Source: Longivirga aurantiaca
GTDB taxonomy: Bacteria; Actinomycetota; Actinomycetes; S36-B12; CAIYMF01
Direction of reading: 5' to 3'
DNA length: 32,000 nucleotides
NCBI RefSeq assembly: GCF_042660085.1
Contig: NZ_JBHSTI010000008.1
Location: 480,001 to 512,000 of the forward strand
Shown: positions 9,852-17,791 of the stretch, piece by piece
Position numbering within the stretch: the first letter of the stretch is position 1
Layout: each line of letters starts with the position of its first letter
Notes under the pieces: generated by a model
Seen by the model: only the letters and a program-made list of their open reading frames with translations
Databases searched by the model: none
What the model was told of the DNA's origin: nothing
Program-made: the position numbers and the translations under genes

Positions 9852-10736
9852 TCAGCGAGCGATGTCGGACAGCTCGGTGAGGAGCGCGTCGAGCGCATCG
9901 GCCGTGGCGCGCGGTGCCTCGGCCGCGGGGGAGTGGCCGGTGTCGGGCACGACGACGACGCGCGCGCCGACGGCCGAGGCGACGCGCTCCTGCTCGTCGG
10001 TGCTCCAGGCGTCGTCGTCCGGCCCGTACACCACGGCCACCTGCAGGTGACCGTCGCGGGCGAGCGCCGCGAGCTCGTCGGTGCGGTCGGGCGTTCCGAG
10101 CAGGATGCCGGCGGCCGCGCGCAGCTGGTACGGATTCGTCGCGAGGAAGCGCTCGCGCAGGAATGCCGCGACCTCCGGCGGCGGTGCCGGGACACCGGCC
10201 TCGCGGTCCTGCGACTCGCGTACGTCGAAGATCACCGACAGCGGGACGTGCGGCAGCGCGGCGTGCAGCGCGCCGAGGCCCTCGTGGTGCTGCGGCGGGA
10301 GCTGCGACGGCCCGGAGCAGAGCAGCGTGAGCGACCGGAAGGGGGCACCGCCGGAGGTGAGCACGGCCTCGCGGGAGACGAGCCCGCCGAAGGAGTGCCC
10401 CACCAGGTGCACGGGCTCGCCGATCCCGTCGACCACCTCGAGCAGGTCTCGGGCGAGCGAGGCCAGGGAGTAGGCCGCCTCGTCGTCGGGCCCGGCCGAC
10501 TCGTGCTGCCCGCGCTGGTCGAACGTGACGACGGCCCACCCATGGTGGGCGAGGGGCTCCAGGACCGCGACGAAGTCCTCCTTCGAGCCGGTGAACCCGG
10601 GGACCAGGACGACGGTCCCGCGGTGCTTGGTTCCCTCCTCCGGCTCGATCCGCCAGCCGGCCAGGGGGCCGCGGGACGTCGTGAGCGTCACACGGCGGGC
10701 GTTGGGCGGCAGGTCGAGGAACGGCGGGGTGCTCAC
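9852..10736 (-). CDS. alpha/beta hydrolase
   Basis: 294 aa; VVLVPGFTGSKEDF, HLVGHSFGGLVSREAV, VVPDTGHSP. Confidence 0.92.
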   Translation of the reverse strand: MSTPPFLDLPPNARRVTLTTSRGPLAGWRIEPEEGTKHRGTVVLVPGFTGSKEDFVAVLEPLAHHGWAVVTFDQRGQHESAGPDDEAAYSLASLARDLLEVVDGIGEPVHLVGHSFGGLVSREAVLTSGGAPFRSLTLLCSGPSQLPPQHHEGLGALHAALPHVPLSVIFDVRESQDREAGVPAPPPEVAAFLRERFLATNPYQLRAAAGILLGTPDRTDELAALARDGHLQVAVVYGPDDDAWSTDEQERVASAVGARVVVVPDTGHSPAAEAPRATADALDALLTELSDIAR

Positions 10737-10827
10737 AAGCGGCAGACTACGGTCCGACAGCGGGGCTGCGGAGTGCCGGTCGGCTCATGCGCCGCCGAGC
10801 GCGCGCCGTACGACGGAGGGAGGGGTC

Positions 10828-11595
10828 ATGACACGCACCGTCGCGGTGGCGAGCCAGAAGGGCGGCGTCGGGAAGACGACGACCGTGGCCTCGCTCGGCG
10901 TCGCGCTCTCCGACCTCGGCGACGAGGTGCTGCTGGTGGACCTCGACCCGCAGGCCTGCCTGACGTTCTCCCTCGGCATCGACCCCGAGGACCTCACGCT
11001 CTCGATCCACGACGTGCTCGCCGGCTCGGTGCGGGCCCGCGAGGTGGTCACCGCCACCGAGGACGGCGTCGACCTGCTGCCCGCCTCGATCGAGCTCGCC
11101 CGCACCGAGGCCACGCTGCTCACCAGCGGACGGCGCGAGCACACGCTCGACGACGCGCTCGCCGAGCTGCGCGGCCACTACGACTGGATCCTGCTCGACT
11201 GCCCGCCGACCCTCGGCATCCTCACCGTCAACGCGCTCACCGCAGCCGATGACGTGATCGTGCCGCTGCAGTGCGAGACCCTCGCGCACCGGGGCGTGGG
11301 CCAGCTCGTCGAGACCGTCCGCGACGTCATGCGCACCACGAACCCGCGGCTGCGCATCAGCGGCATCCTCCCGACGATGTACGACGGCCGCACGGGCCAC
11401 GCCCGCGCCGTGCTCGCCGACGTCGTCGAGCGGTACGACGTACCCGTGCTCGAACCCCCCGTGCCGCGCTCGGTGCGCTTCGCCGAGGCGCCCGCGATCG
11501 GTCGGTCGGTGCTCGCGACCTCGCCGCACCTGCGCGGCTCCGACGCCTACCGCGTGCACGCCGCCCGCATGCACGCCGAGCTCACCCGCTCGTGA
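10828..11595 (+). CDS. ParA/Soj family ATPase
   Basis: MTRTVAVASQKGGVGKTTTVASLGVALSDLG (deviant Walker A), VLLVDLDPQACLTFSLG, DWILLDCPPTLGILTVNAL; ATG at 10828. No ParB neighbour. Confidence 0.95.
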   Translation: MTRTVAVASQKGGVGKTTTVASLGVALSDLGDEVLLVDLDPQACLTFSLGIDPEDLTLSIHDVLAGSVRAREVVTATEDGVDLLPASIELARTEATLLTSGRREHTLDDALAELRGHYDWILLDCPPTLGILTVNALTAADDVIVPLQCETLAHRGVGQLVETVRDVMRTTNPRLRISGILPTMYDGRTGHARAVLADVVERYDVPVLEPPVPRSVRFAEAPAIGRSVLATSPHLRGSDAYRVHAARMHAELTRS

Positions 11596-11596
11596 T

Positions 11597-11663
11597 GGGA
11601 AGGATTGTTCGGCTCTATGGGATGAAGGCGACCATCATCCAATAGAGCCGTACAAACCGTCCC
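11597..11663. repeat. long imperfect inverted repeat / hairpin (29-nt arms, 9-nt loop)
   Basis: GGGAAGGATTGTTCGGCTCTATGGGATGA - AGGCGACCA - TCATCCAATAGAGCCGTACAAACCGTCCC; arms match 25/29 with no gaps. Confidence 0.85.
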
Positions 11664-11693
11664 TTCATCAAGACCGTGGGTGCGCTCAGAGAA

Positions 11694-11734
11694 GTACGAA
11701 GGCCCCACCCGTGAGGGTGGGGCCTTCGTCGTAC
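11694..11734. terminator. bidirectional intrinsic terminator candidate between parA and the helicase gene
   Basis: GTACGAAGGCCCCACCC-GTGA-GGGTGGGGCCTTCGTCGTAC; perfect 13-bp stem (11698-11710 / 11715-11727) closed by a GNRA-type loop, between convergent genes. Confidence 0.88.
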
Positions 11735-11743
11735 GGGTGGTGA

Positions 11744-13531
11744 CTACTCGGCTGCGGCAGCCTCGGTGGATGCGCCCTCGGGCGAGCCGCCCTCGGACTT
11801 GCCGCGACCGCGGCCGCCCCGGCGACGGCGACGGCGCGGGGCGCCGCCCTCGGCACCGCCGTCGGAGTCGCTCGCCTCGGAGGCCGGAGCCCCTTCGCTG
11901 CTCGCCGGCGTGACGGCCTTCTCGGCCGAGGGCGTGCCGGCCGTGCCCTCGGTGGACGAGCCCCCGCCGCGGGTGCGGCTCCGCTGGCGCGGCTCGCGAC
12001 GCGCGCGCGGCTCGGCGGCAGCGCCCTCGCCCTCGGCAGCGCCTTCGCCCTCGGGGCTCGGGTCGCGGTCGGCCCTGGGCCGGTCGTTGCGGTCCGAGCG
12101 GCCCTTGCCGTCTCGGCTGCCGTCGCGCCCGCTCTTGCCGTGCTTGTCGTCGCGTCCCTTGGGGCCCGACTTGTTGCGGCGGCCGGCGGACGCGCCGGTC
12201 TCGCCGAGGTCCTCGATCACCTCGGCGTCGAGGCCCTCGCGGGTGCGCGCCGACTTCGGCAGGCGGCCCTTGGTGCCCTCGGGGATGCCGAGGCCGGTGT
12301 AGAGGTGCGGGCTCGACGAGTAGGTCTCGATGGGCTCCTCGAACGGGAGGCCGAGCGCCTGGGCGATCATCTTCCAGCGGTGCAGGTCGTCCCAGTCGAC
12401 CATCGTGATCGCGACGCCGGAGTTGCCCGCCCGACCGGTGCGGCCGATGCGGTGGAGGTACATCTTCTCGTCCTCCGGGCACTCCCAGTTGATCACGTGG
12501 GTGACGTCGGCGACGTCGATACCTCGGGCCGCGACATCGGTGGCGACGAGGACGTCGACCTTGCCGTTGCGGAACGCGCGCAGCGCCTGCTCGCGGGCGC
12601 CCTGGCCGAGGTCACCGTGCACGGCGGCAGCGGCGAAGCCGCGCTCGACGAGGTCGTCGGCCACGCGCTGCGCGTTGCGCTTGGTGCGGCAGAAGATCAT
12701 CGTGAGGCCGCGTCCGTCGGCCTGCAGGATGCGGCCGAGCAGCTCGGGCTTGTCGAGGTTGTGGGCGCGCCACACGTGCTGCTCGATCGCGTCGACGGTG
12801 GAGTTCTCGTCGTCCGGGTTGATCGCGCGGATGTGCGTGGGCTGGCTCATGTAGCGGCGGGCCAGGGCGATGATCGAGCCCGGCATCGTGGCCGAGAACA
12901 GCATCGTCTGGCGCACCGGCGAGACCTGGGCGACGAGGCGCTCGACGTCGGGCAGGAAGCCCATGTCGAGCATCTCGTCGGCCTCGTCGAGGACGAGCGT
13001 CTTCACCTGGCCGAGCTTGAGGTGGCCCTGCTTCATGAGGTCGATGAGACGGCCGGGGGTGCCGACGACGACCTCGATGCCCTTCTCGAGCGCCTCGACC
13101 TGCGGCTCGTACGAGCGACCGCCGTAGACGCAGAGCACGCGGACGCCGCGCATGCGGCCCGCCTTCTGCAGGTCGCTGGCGACCTGGATGCCGAGCTCGC
13201 GGGTGGGGACGATGACGAGGGCCTGGGGGCGGCCCTTGACCTTGTCGTCCTGCTCGTCGAAGCCCTCGTCGGCCGGGGCGATGAGGCGCTGCAGCGCCGG
13301 GATGCCGAAGCCGAGGGTCTTGCCGGTTCCGGTCTTCGCCTGGCCGATGATGTCGGTGCCGGCGAGGGCCATCGGGAGCGTGAGCTCCTGGATGGGGAAG
13401 GCGGTGATGATGCCGTCGGCCGCGAGGGCCTCGACGGTCGCGGGGTGGACGCCGAGCTCGGCGAAGGTCTTGGGCTCGGCAGGGGCGTGGGCCTCGACGT
13501 CCGCAGGGGCGTCCGGCTCGATGCTGCTCAT
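11744..13531 (-). CDS. DEAD/DEAH-box RNA helicase with low-complexity charged C-terminal tail
   Basis: FPIQELTLPMALAGTDIIGQAKTGTGKT, VLDEADEMLDMGF, SATMP, HRIGRTGRAG; ATG at 13531. Confidence 0.95.
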   Translation of the reverse strand: MSSIEPDAPADVEAHAPAEPKTFAELGVHPATVEALAADGIITAFPIQELTLPMALAGTDIIGQAKTGTGKTLGFGIPALQRLIAPADEGFDEQDDKVKGRPQALVIVPTRELGIQVASDLQKAGRMRGVRVLCVYGGRSYEPQVEALEKGIEVVVGTPGRLIDLMKQGHLKLGQVKTLVLDEADEMLDMGFLPDVERLVAQVSPVRQTMLFSATMPGSIIALARRYMSQPTHIRAINPDDENSTVDAIEQHVWRAHNLDKPELLGRILQADGRGLTMIFCRTKRNAQRVADDLVERGFAAAAVHGDLGQGAREQALRAFRNGKVDVLVATDVAARGIDVADVTHVINWECPEDEKMYLHRIGRTGRAGNSGVAITMVDWDDLHRWKMIAQALGLPFEEPIETYSSSPHLYTGLGIPEGTKGRLPKSARTREGLDAEVIEDLGETGASAGRRNKSGPKGRDDKHGKSGRDGSRDGKGRSDRNDRPRADRDPSPEGEGAAEGEGAAAEPRARREPRQRSRTRGGGSSTEGTAGTPSAEKAVTPASSEGAPASEASDSDGGAEGGAPRRRRRRGGRGRGKSEGGSPEGASTEAAAAE

Positions 13532-13829
13532 GGTCATGCGGTGGCGGTCTCCGTGATCGGGCCGCGGCGGGGCACAGGTCGCACGGTCGCGACGCGCGCC
13601 CGGCGAGTGCACGGTCCCGCGGGTCGGCAGCGTGCGCGCGACGCCTCACGGGACCCTGCCGCACGCTCCTCGAGGACGAGGAGGCCGTCGGCGGGCTGGT
13701 CACGGATGGAGTGATGGCAACGGCCGTGACCGGAAAGGACGCCTCAGTCTACCGCTCGGAGCACCGCAACCCGACCTCCGCGTGGCGGCTGGGCCCGCGA
13801 GGCGGCCCGGAGCCGCGTACGCTCCGCCC

Positions 13830-14561
13830 GTGAGCGACGAGAACCTGCACCTGGTCGGCGACGACGAGCACCCCGCGACGCCCGCGTCGGCGCTCGTGGA
13901 CGACCCGCAGTACCGGGCCGGAGTGGTCGATCTCCTCGGGGTGCTCGCGTACACCGAGCTCGTGGCGTTCGAGCGCCTGGCGGCCGACGCCGCGCTCGCG
14001 CCGTCCATCTCGGACGAGGCCGCGCTGGCGTTCATGGCGACCGCCGAGATCCGGCACTTCACCCGGCTCGTCGAGCGGCTCTCGGACCTCGGGGTCGACC
14101 CGTGGGAGGCGATGGCGCCGTTCCAGGAGCCGCTCGCGGAGTTCCACGCGCAGACCGCACCCAGCGACTGGCTCGAGAGCCTCGTCAAGGCGTACGTCGG
14201 GGACGGGATCGCCACCGACTTCTACCGCGAGGTCGCCTCGCTGCTCGACGACGACTCGCGCTCGCTCGTGCTCGAGGTGTGCAGCGACACGGGCCACGCG
14301 AACTTCGCGGTGGCCACGGTGCGGGCGGCGATCGTGGCCGACCCGCGGCTGTCCGGCCGCCTCGCGCTCTGGGGACGCCGACTGGTCGGCGAGGCCATGC
14401 AGCAGGCCCAGCGCGTGGCCGCGGAGCGCGACGGCCTCTCGTCGCTGCTCGTCGGCGACGTCGATCGCGCGGGTTTCGGCCTCTCCGGACTGGGCGAGAT
14501 GTTCAACCGCCTCACCGAGGCCCACACCCAGCGGATGGCCACGCTGGGGCTGCAGGCCTGA
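13830..14561 (+). CDS. ferritin-like fold protein
   Basis: VSDENLHLVGDD...LGVLAYTELVAFERLAADA...AFMATAEIRHFTRLVERL; GTG at 13830. Confidence 0.78.
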   Translation: MSDENLHLVGDDEHPATPASALVDDPQYRAGVVDLLGVLAYTELVAFERLAADAALAPSISDEAALAFMATAEIRHFTRLVERLSDLGVDPWEAMAPFQEPLAEFHAQTAPSDWLESLVKAYVGDGIATDFYREVASLLDDDSRSLVLEVCSDTGHANFAVATVRAAIVADPRLSGRLALWGRRLVGEAMQQAQRVAAERDGLSSLLVGDVDRAGFGLSGLGEMFNRLTEAHTQRMATLGLQA

Positions 14562-14572
14562 CCCGCCAGGGG

Positions 14573-14797
14573 TCAGTTGTTGCCGAAGCCGATGCGGCCG
14601 CGCTCGGTGGCGCCGATCTCGGCGTAGGCGATCTTGTCGCCGGGCACGACCACGGTCTTGCCCTTCTCGTCCGAGAGGGTCAGCGGGGTGCCCTTGTCGA
14701 TCGCGGCGGACACGAGGGCCACGACCTCCTCCTGCGTCTGCGCGCTCTCGAGCACGACCTCGCGGGCGGCCTGCTGCACGCCGATCTTGACCTCCAC
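14573..14797 (-). CDS. DUF3107 family protein
   Basis: MEVKIGVQQAAREVVLESAQTQEEV...KIAYAEIGATERGRIGFGNN. Confidence 0.88.
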   Translation of the reverse strand: MEVKIGVQQAAREVVLESAQTQEEVVALVSAAIDKGTPLTLSDEKGKTVVVPGDKIAYAEIGATERGRIGFGNN

Positions 14798-14911
14798 CGC
14801 GGAGCCTCCTGGCTAGTTCGAGCATGAGTGCTTGCCGCGACCCTAACCGGGCGGGGGCGGTCGCTGCTTCCCCAGGGTGCCCGCGTACGCCGTGGGCGTA
14901 GAAGACCGGCG

Positions 14912-15547
14912 TCAGGCCGGGGGGTGCGACAGGGGGAAGTTCGAGATGCCGCGCCAGCCGAGGCTGCCGACCAGGCGTGCTGCCTCGGACTTCGGGATGC
15001 GGCCGGTCTCGCGGAGCCAGTGCCGCGCCGCGGTCTGCGCCATCCCGGTGAGTCCGGCGGCGAGCAGCATGGCCTCGGCCGCGGTGAGGCCGGTGTCCTC
15101 GGCGATCACGCGCGAGAGGGCCTCCGCGCACGAGTCGTTGACACGGTCGACCCGGGCCCGCACGGCCGCCTCGTTGGTGAGGTCGGACTCGAAGATGAGG
15201 CGGAACGCGCCGCCCGGGTCGTCGACGAAGTCGAAGTACGCCGCGACCGTCGCCGACACGCGGAGCTTGTTGTCGGTCGTGGAGGCCAGCGCGGCGTCCA
15301 GCGCGGCGAGGAGCGCGTCGGACGACTGGTCGAGCAGGGCGAGGTAGAGCTCGAGCTTGCCGGGGAAGTGCTGGTAGAGCACCGGCTTGCTGACCCCTGC
15401 GGCCTCGGCGATGTCGTCCATCGCGGCCGCGTGGTAGCCCTGGGCGACGAACACCTCGCGCGCGGCCTCGAGGAGCTGCGCCCGGCGCTCGCGACGCGGC
15501 AGGCGCTGACCACGGGACGAGGCTCGACCGTCCGACACGACTGACAT
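14912..15547 (-). CDS. TetR/AcrR family transcriptional regulator
   Basis: RRAQLLEAAREVFVAQGYHAAAMDDIAEAAGVSKPVLYQHFPGKLELYLAL; ATG at 15547. Confidence 0.93.
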   Translation of the reverse strand: MSVVSDGRASSRGQRLPRRERRAQLLEAAREVFVAQGYHAAAMDDIAEAAGVSKPVLYQHFPGKLELYLALLDQSSDALLAALDAALASTTDNKLRVSATVAAYFDFVDDPGGAFRLIFESDLTNEAAVRARVDRVNDSCAEALSRVIAEDTGLTAAEAMLLAAGLTGMAQTAARHWLRETGRIPKSEAARLVGSLGWRGISNFPLSHPPA

Positions 15548-15549
15548 GC

Positions 15550-15577
15550 GGGGGATCCTACCGATCGGTAATCCCCC
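15550..15577. promoter_or_regulatory. probable TetR auto-operator
   Basis: GGGGGAT-CC-TACCGATCGGTA-ATCCCCC: 12-bp perfect palindrome (15559-15570) inside a second flanking palindrome, 3 nt upstream of the tetR ATG. Confidence 0.65.
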
Positions 15578-15729
15578 CGGGGGGTTTCCCTCGCACGTGC
15601 TGCGCCGCAGAGCCGCTGCCGGTCCGGCGACCGGGGCCCGGTCGCGGCAGGCGTGCGCGCTGTGACACGGGGTCAGAACTGGCTCAGGGTGGCGCACCCA
15701 CCGCGCAACAATGCCGCTGCGTCCCTACG

Positions 15730-16608
15730 GTGAAGGACGTGCACAAGGAGGCCCGCGACGTCGCCCCGGCCCGTGCGGTCGAAGAGGCGCTCCGTGTCCT
15801 GCCCGGGGTGCTCGAGGCCTCGGTCTCGGTCGGGCTCGCGGACGACCAGGGCACGGAGGTGCACCTCGTCCTCGGCGACGACGGCGACCAGGCAGCGGTC
15901 GCCCACGCCGTCCACCGCATGCTGCAGCTCCAGTACGGCGTCGGGCTCGACCACGACGGCGTCGAGCTCGTGATGGACGTGACCGATGCAGCGGTCGCCC
16001 AGCCGCCCGGAGAGCCAGCCGGCGGCGCGGTGGGGGGCGCCTCGGCCGACGTGCTCGACCTCGGGGTCGAGATCGACGGCCTGCTCGCCCAGCTCGACCG
16101 CCGGTCCGGCCGGTCGTTCGAGGCGGACGTGCTCTCCGCTGCCGTGCGCCACCCGGCCGGTGCGACCCCCGTGCCCGAGCCGCGCGCCGCAGACCGGGCC
16201 ACGGACGAGGGCGCCGAGGTGCGGCTCTCCGTCACGCGGCTGTCGATCGTCGTCGACCGCCAGCGCGCCCATGCCGCCGTGACCCTCCGAGGGCCCGCTG
16301 GCGAGGTGCGCGGCACCGCCGACGCCGCCAGCGCCGACTCCGCGGTGCTCGAGGCGGTCGCGCTCGCCACGCTGCGGGCCCTCGCGAGCCTGCGTATCTG
16401 CGGCGACGAGTTCGGCGTGATCGCGGTGTCGACCCCGCACGTGGGCGACGTCGACGTCGCCGTCGTGCAGGTCGAGTGCCGCCGCCACCTCGGCACCGAC
16501 CGCCTCACCGGCGCCTCGGAGGTGCGTGACGACGTCCATCGCGCGGTGATCCGCGCGACGCTCGACGCCGTGAACCGCCGCCTGCGCCTGCTCACCCTGG
16601 CCCCCTGA
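15730..16608 (+). CDS. hypothetical protein
   Basis: 292 aa ORF consistent with coding bias; no recognised motif. Confidence 0.65.
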   Translation: MKDVHKEARDVAPARAVEEALRVLPGVLEASVSVGLADDQGTEVHLVLGDDGDQAAVAHAVHRMLQLQYGVGLDHDGVELVMDVTDAAVAQPPGEPAGGAVGGASADVLDLGVEIDGLLAQLDRRSGRSFEADVLSAAVRHPAGATPVPEPRAADRATDEGAEVRLSVTRLSIVVDRQRAHAAVTLRGPAGEVRGTADAASADSAVLEAVALATLRALASLRICGDEFGVIAVSTPHVGDVDVAVVQVECRRHLGTDRLTGASEVRDDVHRAVIRATLDAVNRRLRLLTLAP

Positions 16609-16667
16609 AGGGCGTGCGCGGCCCGGTCCGCCGTGAGTCGCCGTCCGCGGTTGCCTACGCTCGGACC

Positions 16668-17597
16668 ATGACCGGGATGTCGCAGGAACTGCCGCGCACC
16701 GCCGACGACCTCCTCGCCGCGATGCTGCCGCCGTGGCCGCGGCGGGACGTGGTGCTCAGCAACGGGACCTTCTCCGTGCGAGAGGCGCCGCCGCTCGACC
16801 CGTCGACCGCGGAGCCGGCGCTGTTCGTGCACGGCCTCGGTGGCAGCGCCACCAACTGGACCGACCTCATGGCTCTCCTGCGCGATCGGCTCGATGGTGT
16901 CGCGGTGGAGCTGCCCGGCTTCGGATGGTCGCCGCCGCCGCGCGACGGCGACTGGACGCCGAAGCGCAGCGCCGAGTCGCTCGCCGAGCTCATCGAGGTG
17001 CGCTTCGAGGGTCGCCCCGTCCACCTCTTCGGCAACTCGATGGGCGGGGCCGTCGCGGTGCAGCTCGCGGCCCGCCGCCCCGACCTCGTGCGCACGCTGA
17101 CCCTCATCAGCCCGGCGCTCCCGAAGACCGGCGTGCGCCGCTCCAACGCGCACCTGCCCGTCATCGCGGTGCCGGGCATCGGCACCCGGCTGATGAACCG
17201 CTACCTCCAGCTCGAACCGCACCGCCGCGCCCGCGCGACCGTCGACGTCTGCTTCGCCGACCCCAGCTCGGTGCCCGAGACACGGATGCTGGAGGCGGTC
17301 GCGGAGGTCAAGCGGCGCGACCAGCTGCCCTACGTCGCCGACGCGTTCCTGCAGTCGCTGAGGGGCCTCCTCGCGACGTACCTCGACCGCAGCCCCGAGA
17401 AGCCGTGGAAGCTGGCCGAGACGATCACCTGCCCGACGCTGCTGGTGTACGGCCGGCGCGACAAGCTGGTCGACCCGATCCACGCGCACACCAAGGCGTT
17501 CCCCGACGTCCGCGTGGTGGTGCTGCCGCACGCCGGCCACGTCTCCCAGATCGAGCAGCCCGTCCTCGTCATGGAGGCCTTCCGCCACCTGCTCTAG
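16668..17597 (+). CDS. alpha/beta hydrolase
   Basis: LFVHGLGGSATNWTDLMALL, HLFGNSMGGAVAVQLAARRPD, LVYGRRDKLV, VVLPHAGHVSQIEQP; ATG at 16668. Confidence 0.93.
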   Translation: MTGMSQELPRTADDLLAAMLPPWPRRDVVLSNGTFSVREAPPLDPSTAEPALFVHGLGGSATNWTDLMALLRDRLDGVAVELPGFGWSPPPRDGDWTPKRSAESLAELIEVRFEGRPVHLFGNSMGGAVAVQLAARRPDLVRTLTLISPALPKTGVRRSNAHLPVIAVPGIGTRLMNRYLQLEPHRRARATVDVCFADPSSVPETRMLEAVAEVKRRDQLPYVADAFLQSLRGLLATYLDRSPEKPWKLAETITCPTLLVYGRRDKLVDPIHAHTKAFPDVRVVVLPHAGHVSQIEQPVLVMEAFRHLL

Positions 17598-17611
17598 CCC
17601 GGTGGAGGTTC

Positions 17612-17664
17612 GCGATGAAGGGGGCCTTCGTTGCTAAGAGCGCGACAAAGTCGGCCTTCATCGC
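17612..17664. terminator. stem-loop terminator / intergenic repeat candidate
   Basis: GCGATGAAGG ... CCTTCATCGC perfect 10-bp outer stem, with an additional GGCC pairing and a weaker nested stem (CTTCGTTGC/GCGACAAAG). Confidence 0.65.
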
Positions 17665-17739
17665 AGACGTCGTCCCCGGGGAGGGTGTGTCCGGGCGGGT
17701 GTCCCGGGCGCGTGGCGCAGGCCGGGAGGTGGGGAGTTC

Positions 17740-17749
17740 GGTCTAGACC
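17740..17749. promoter_or_regulatory. GGTCTAGACC operator-like palindrome (site 1)
   Basis: Perfect 10-bp palindrome ending 42 bp upstream of the CDS at 17792; matches the GT-N-TA-N-AC pattern of HutC-type GntR regulators. Confidence 0.65.
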
Positions 17750-17791
17750 ATTTCCGGGTCATCGGCGGGAGGGGCCGGTACCGTTTGGCCC

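Noticed and set aside
10828-11595. ParA as evidence of a plasmid or integrated mobile element
   Set aside because: No ParB, replication, integrase or transfer genes nearby. An orphan ParA next to a DEAD-box helicase, ferritin-like gene and DUF3107 gene looks like a normal chromosomal context in actinobacteria.
11744-12180. Repetitive Gly/Arg/Glu-rich sequence at the helicase C terminus as a DNA repeat array
   Set aside because: It is a disordered, low-complexity protein tail typical of this helicase family, without a regular DNA repeat unit.
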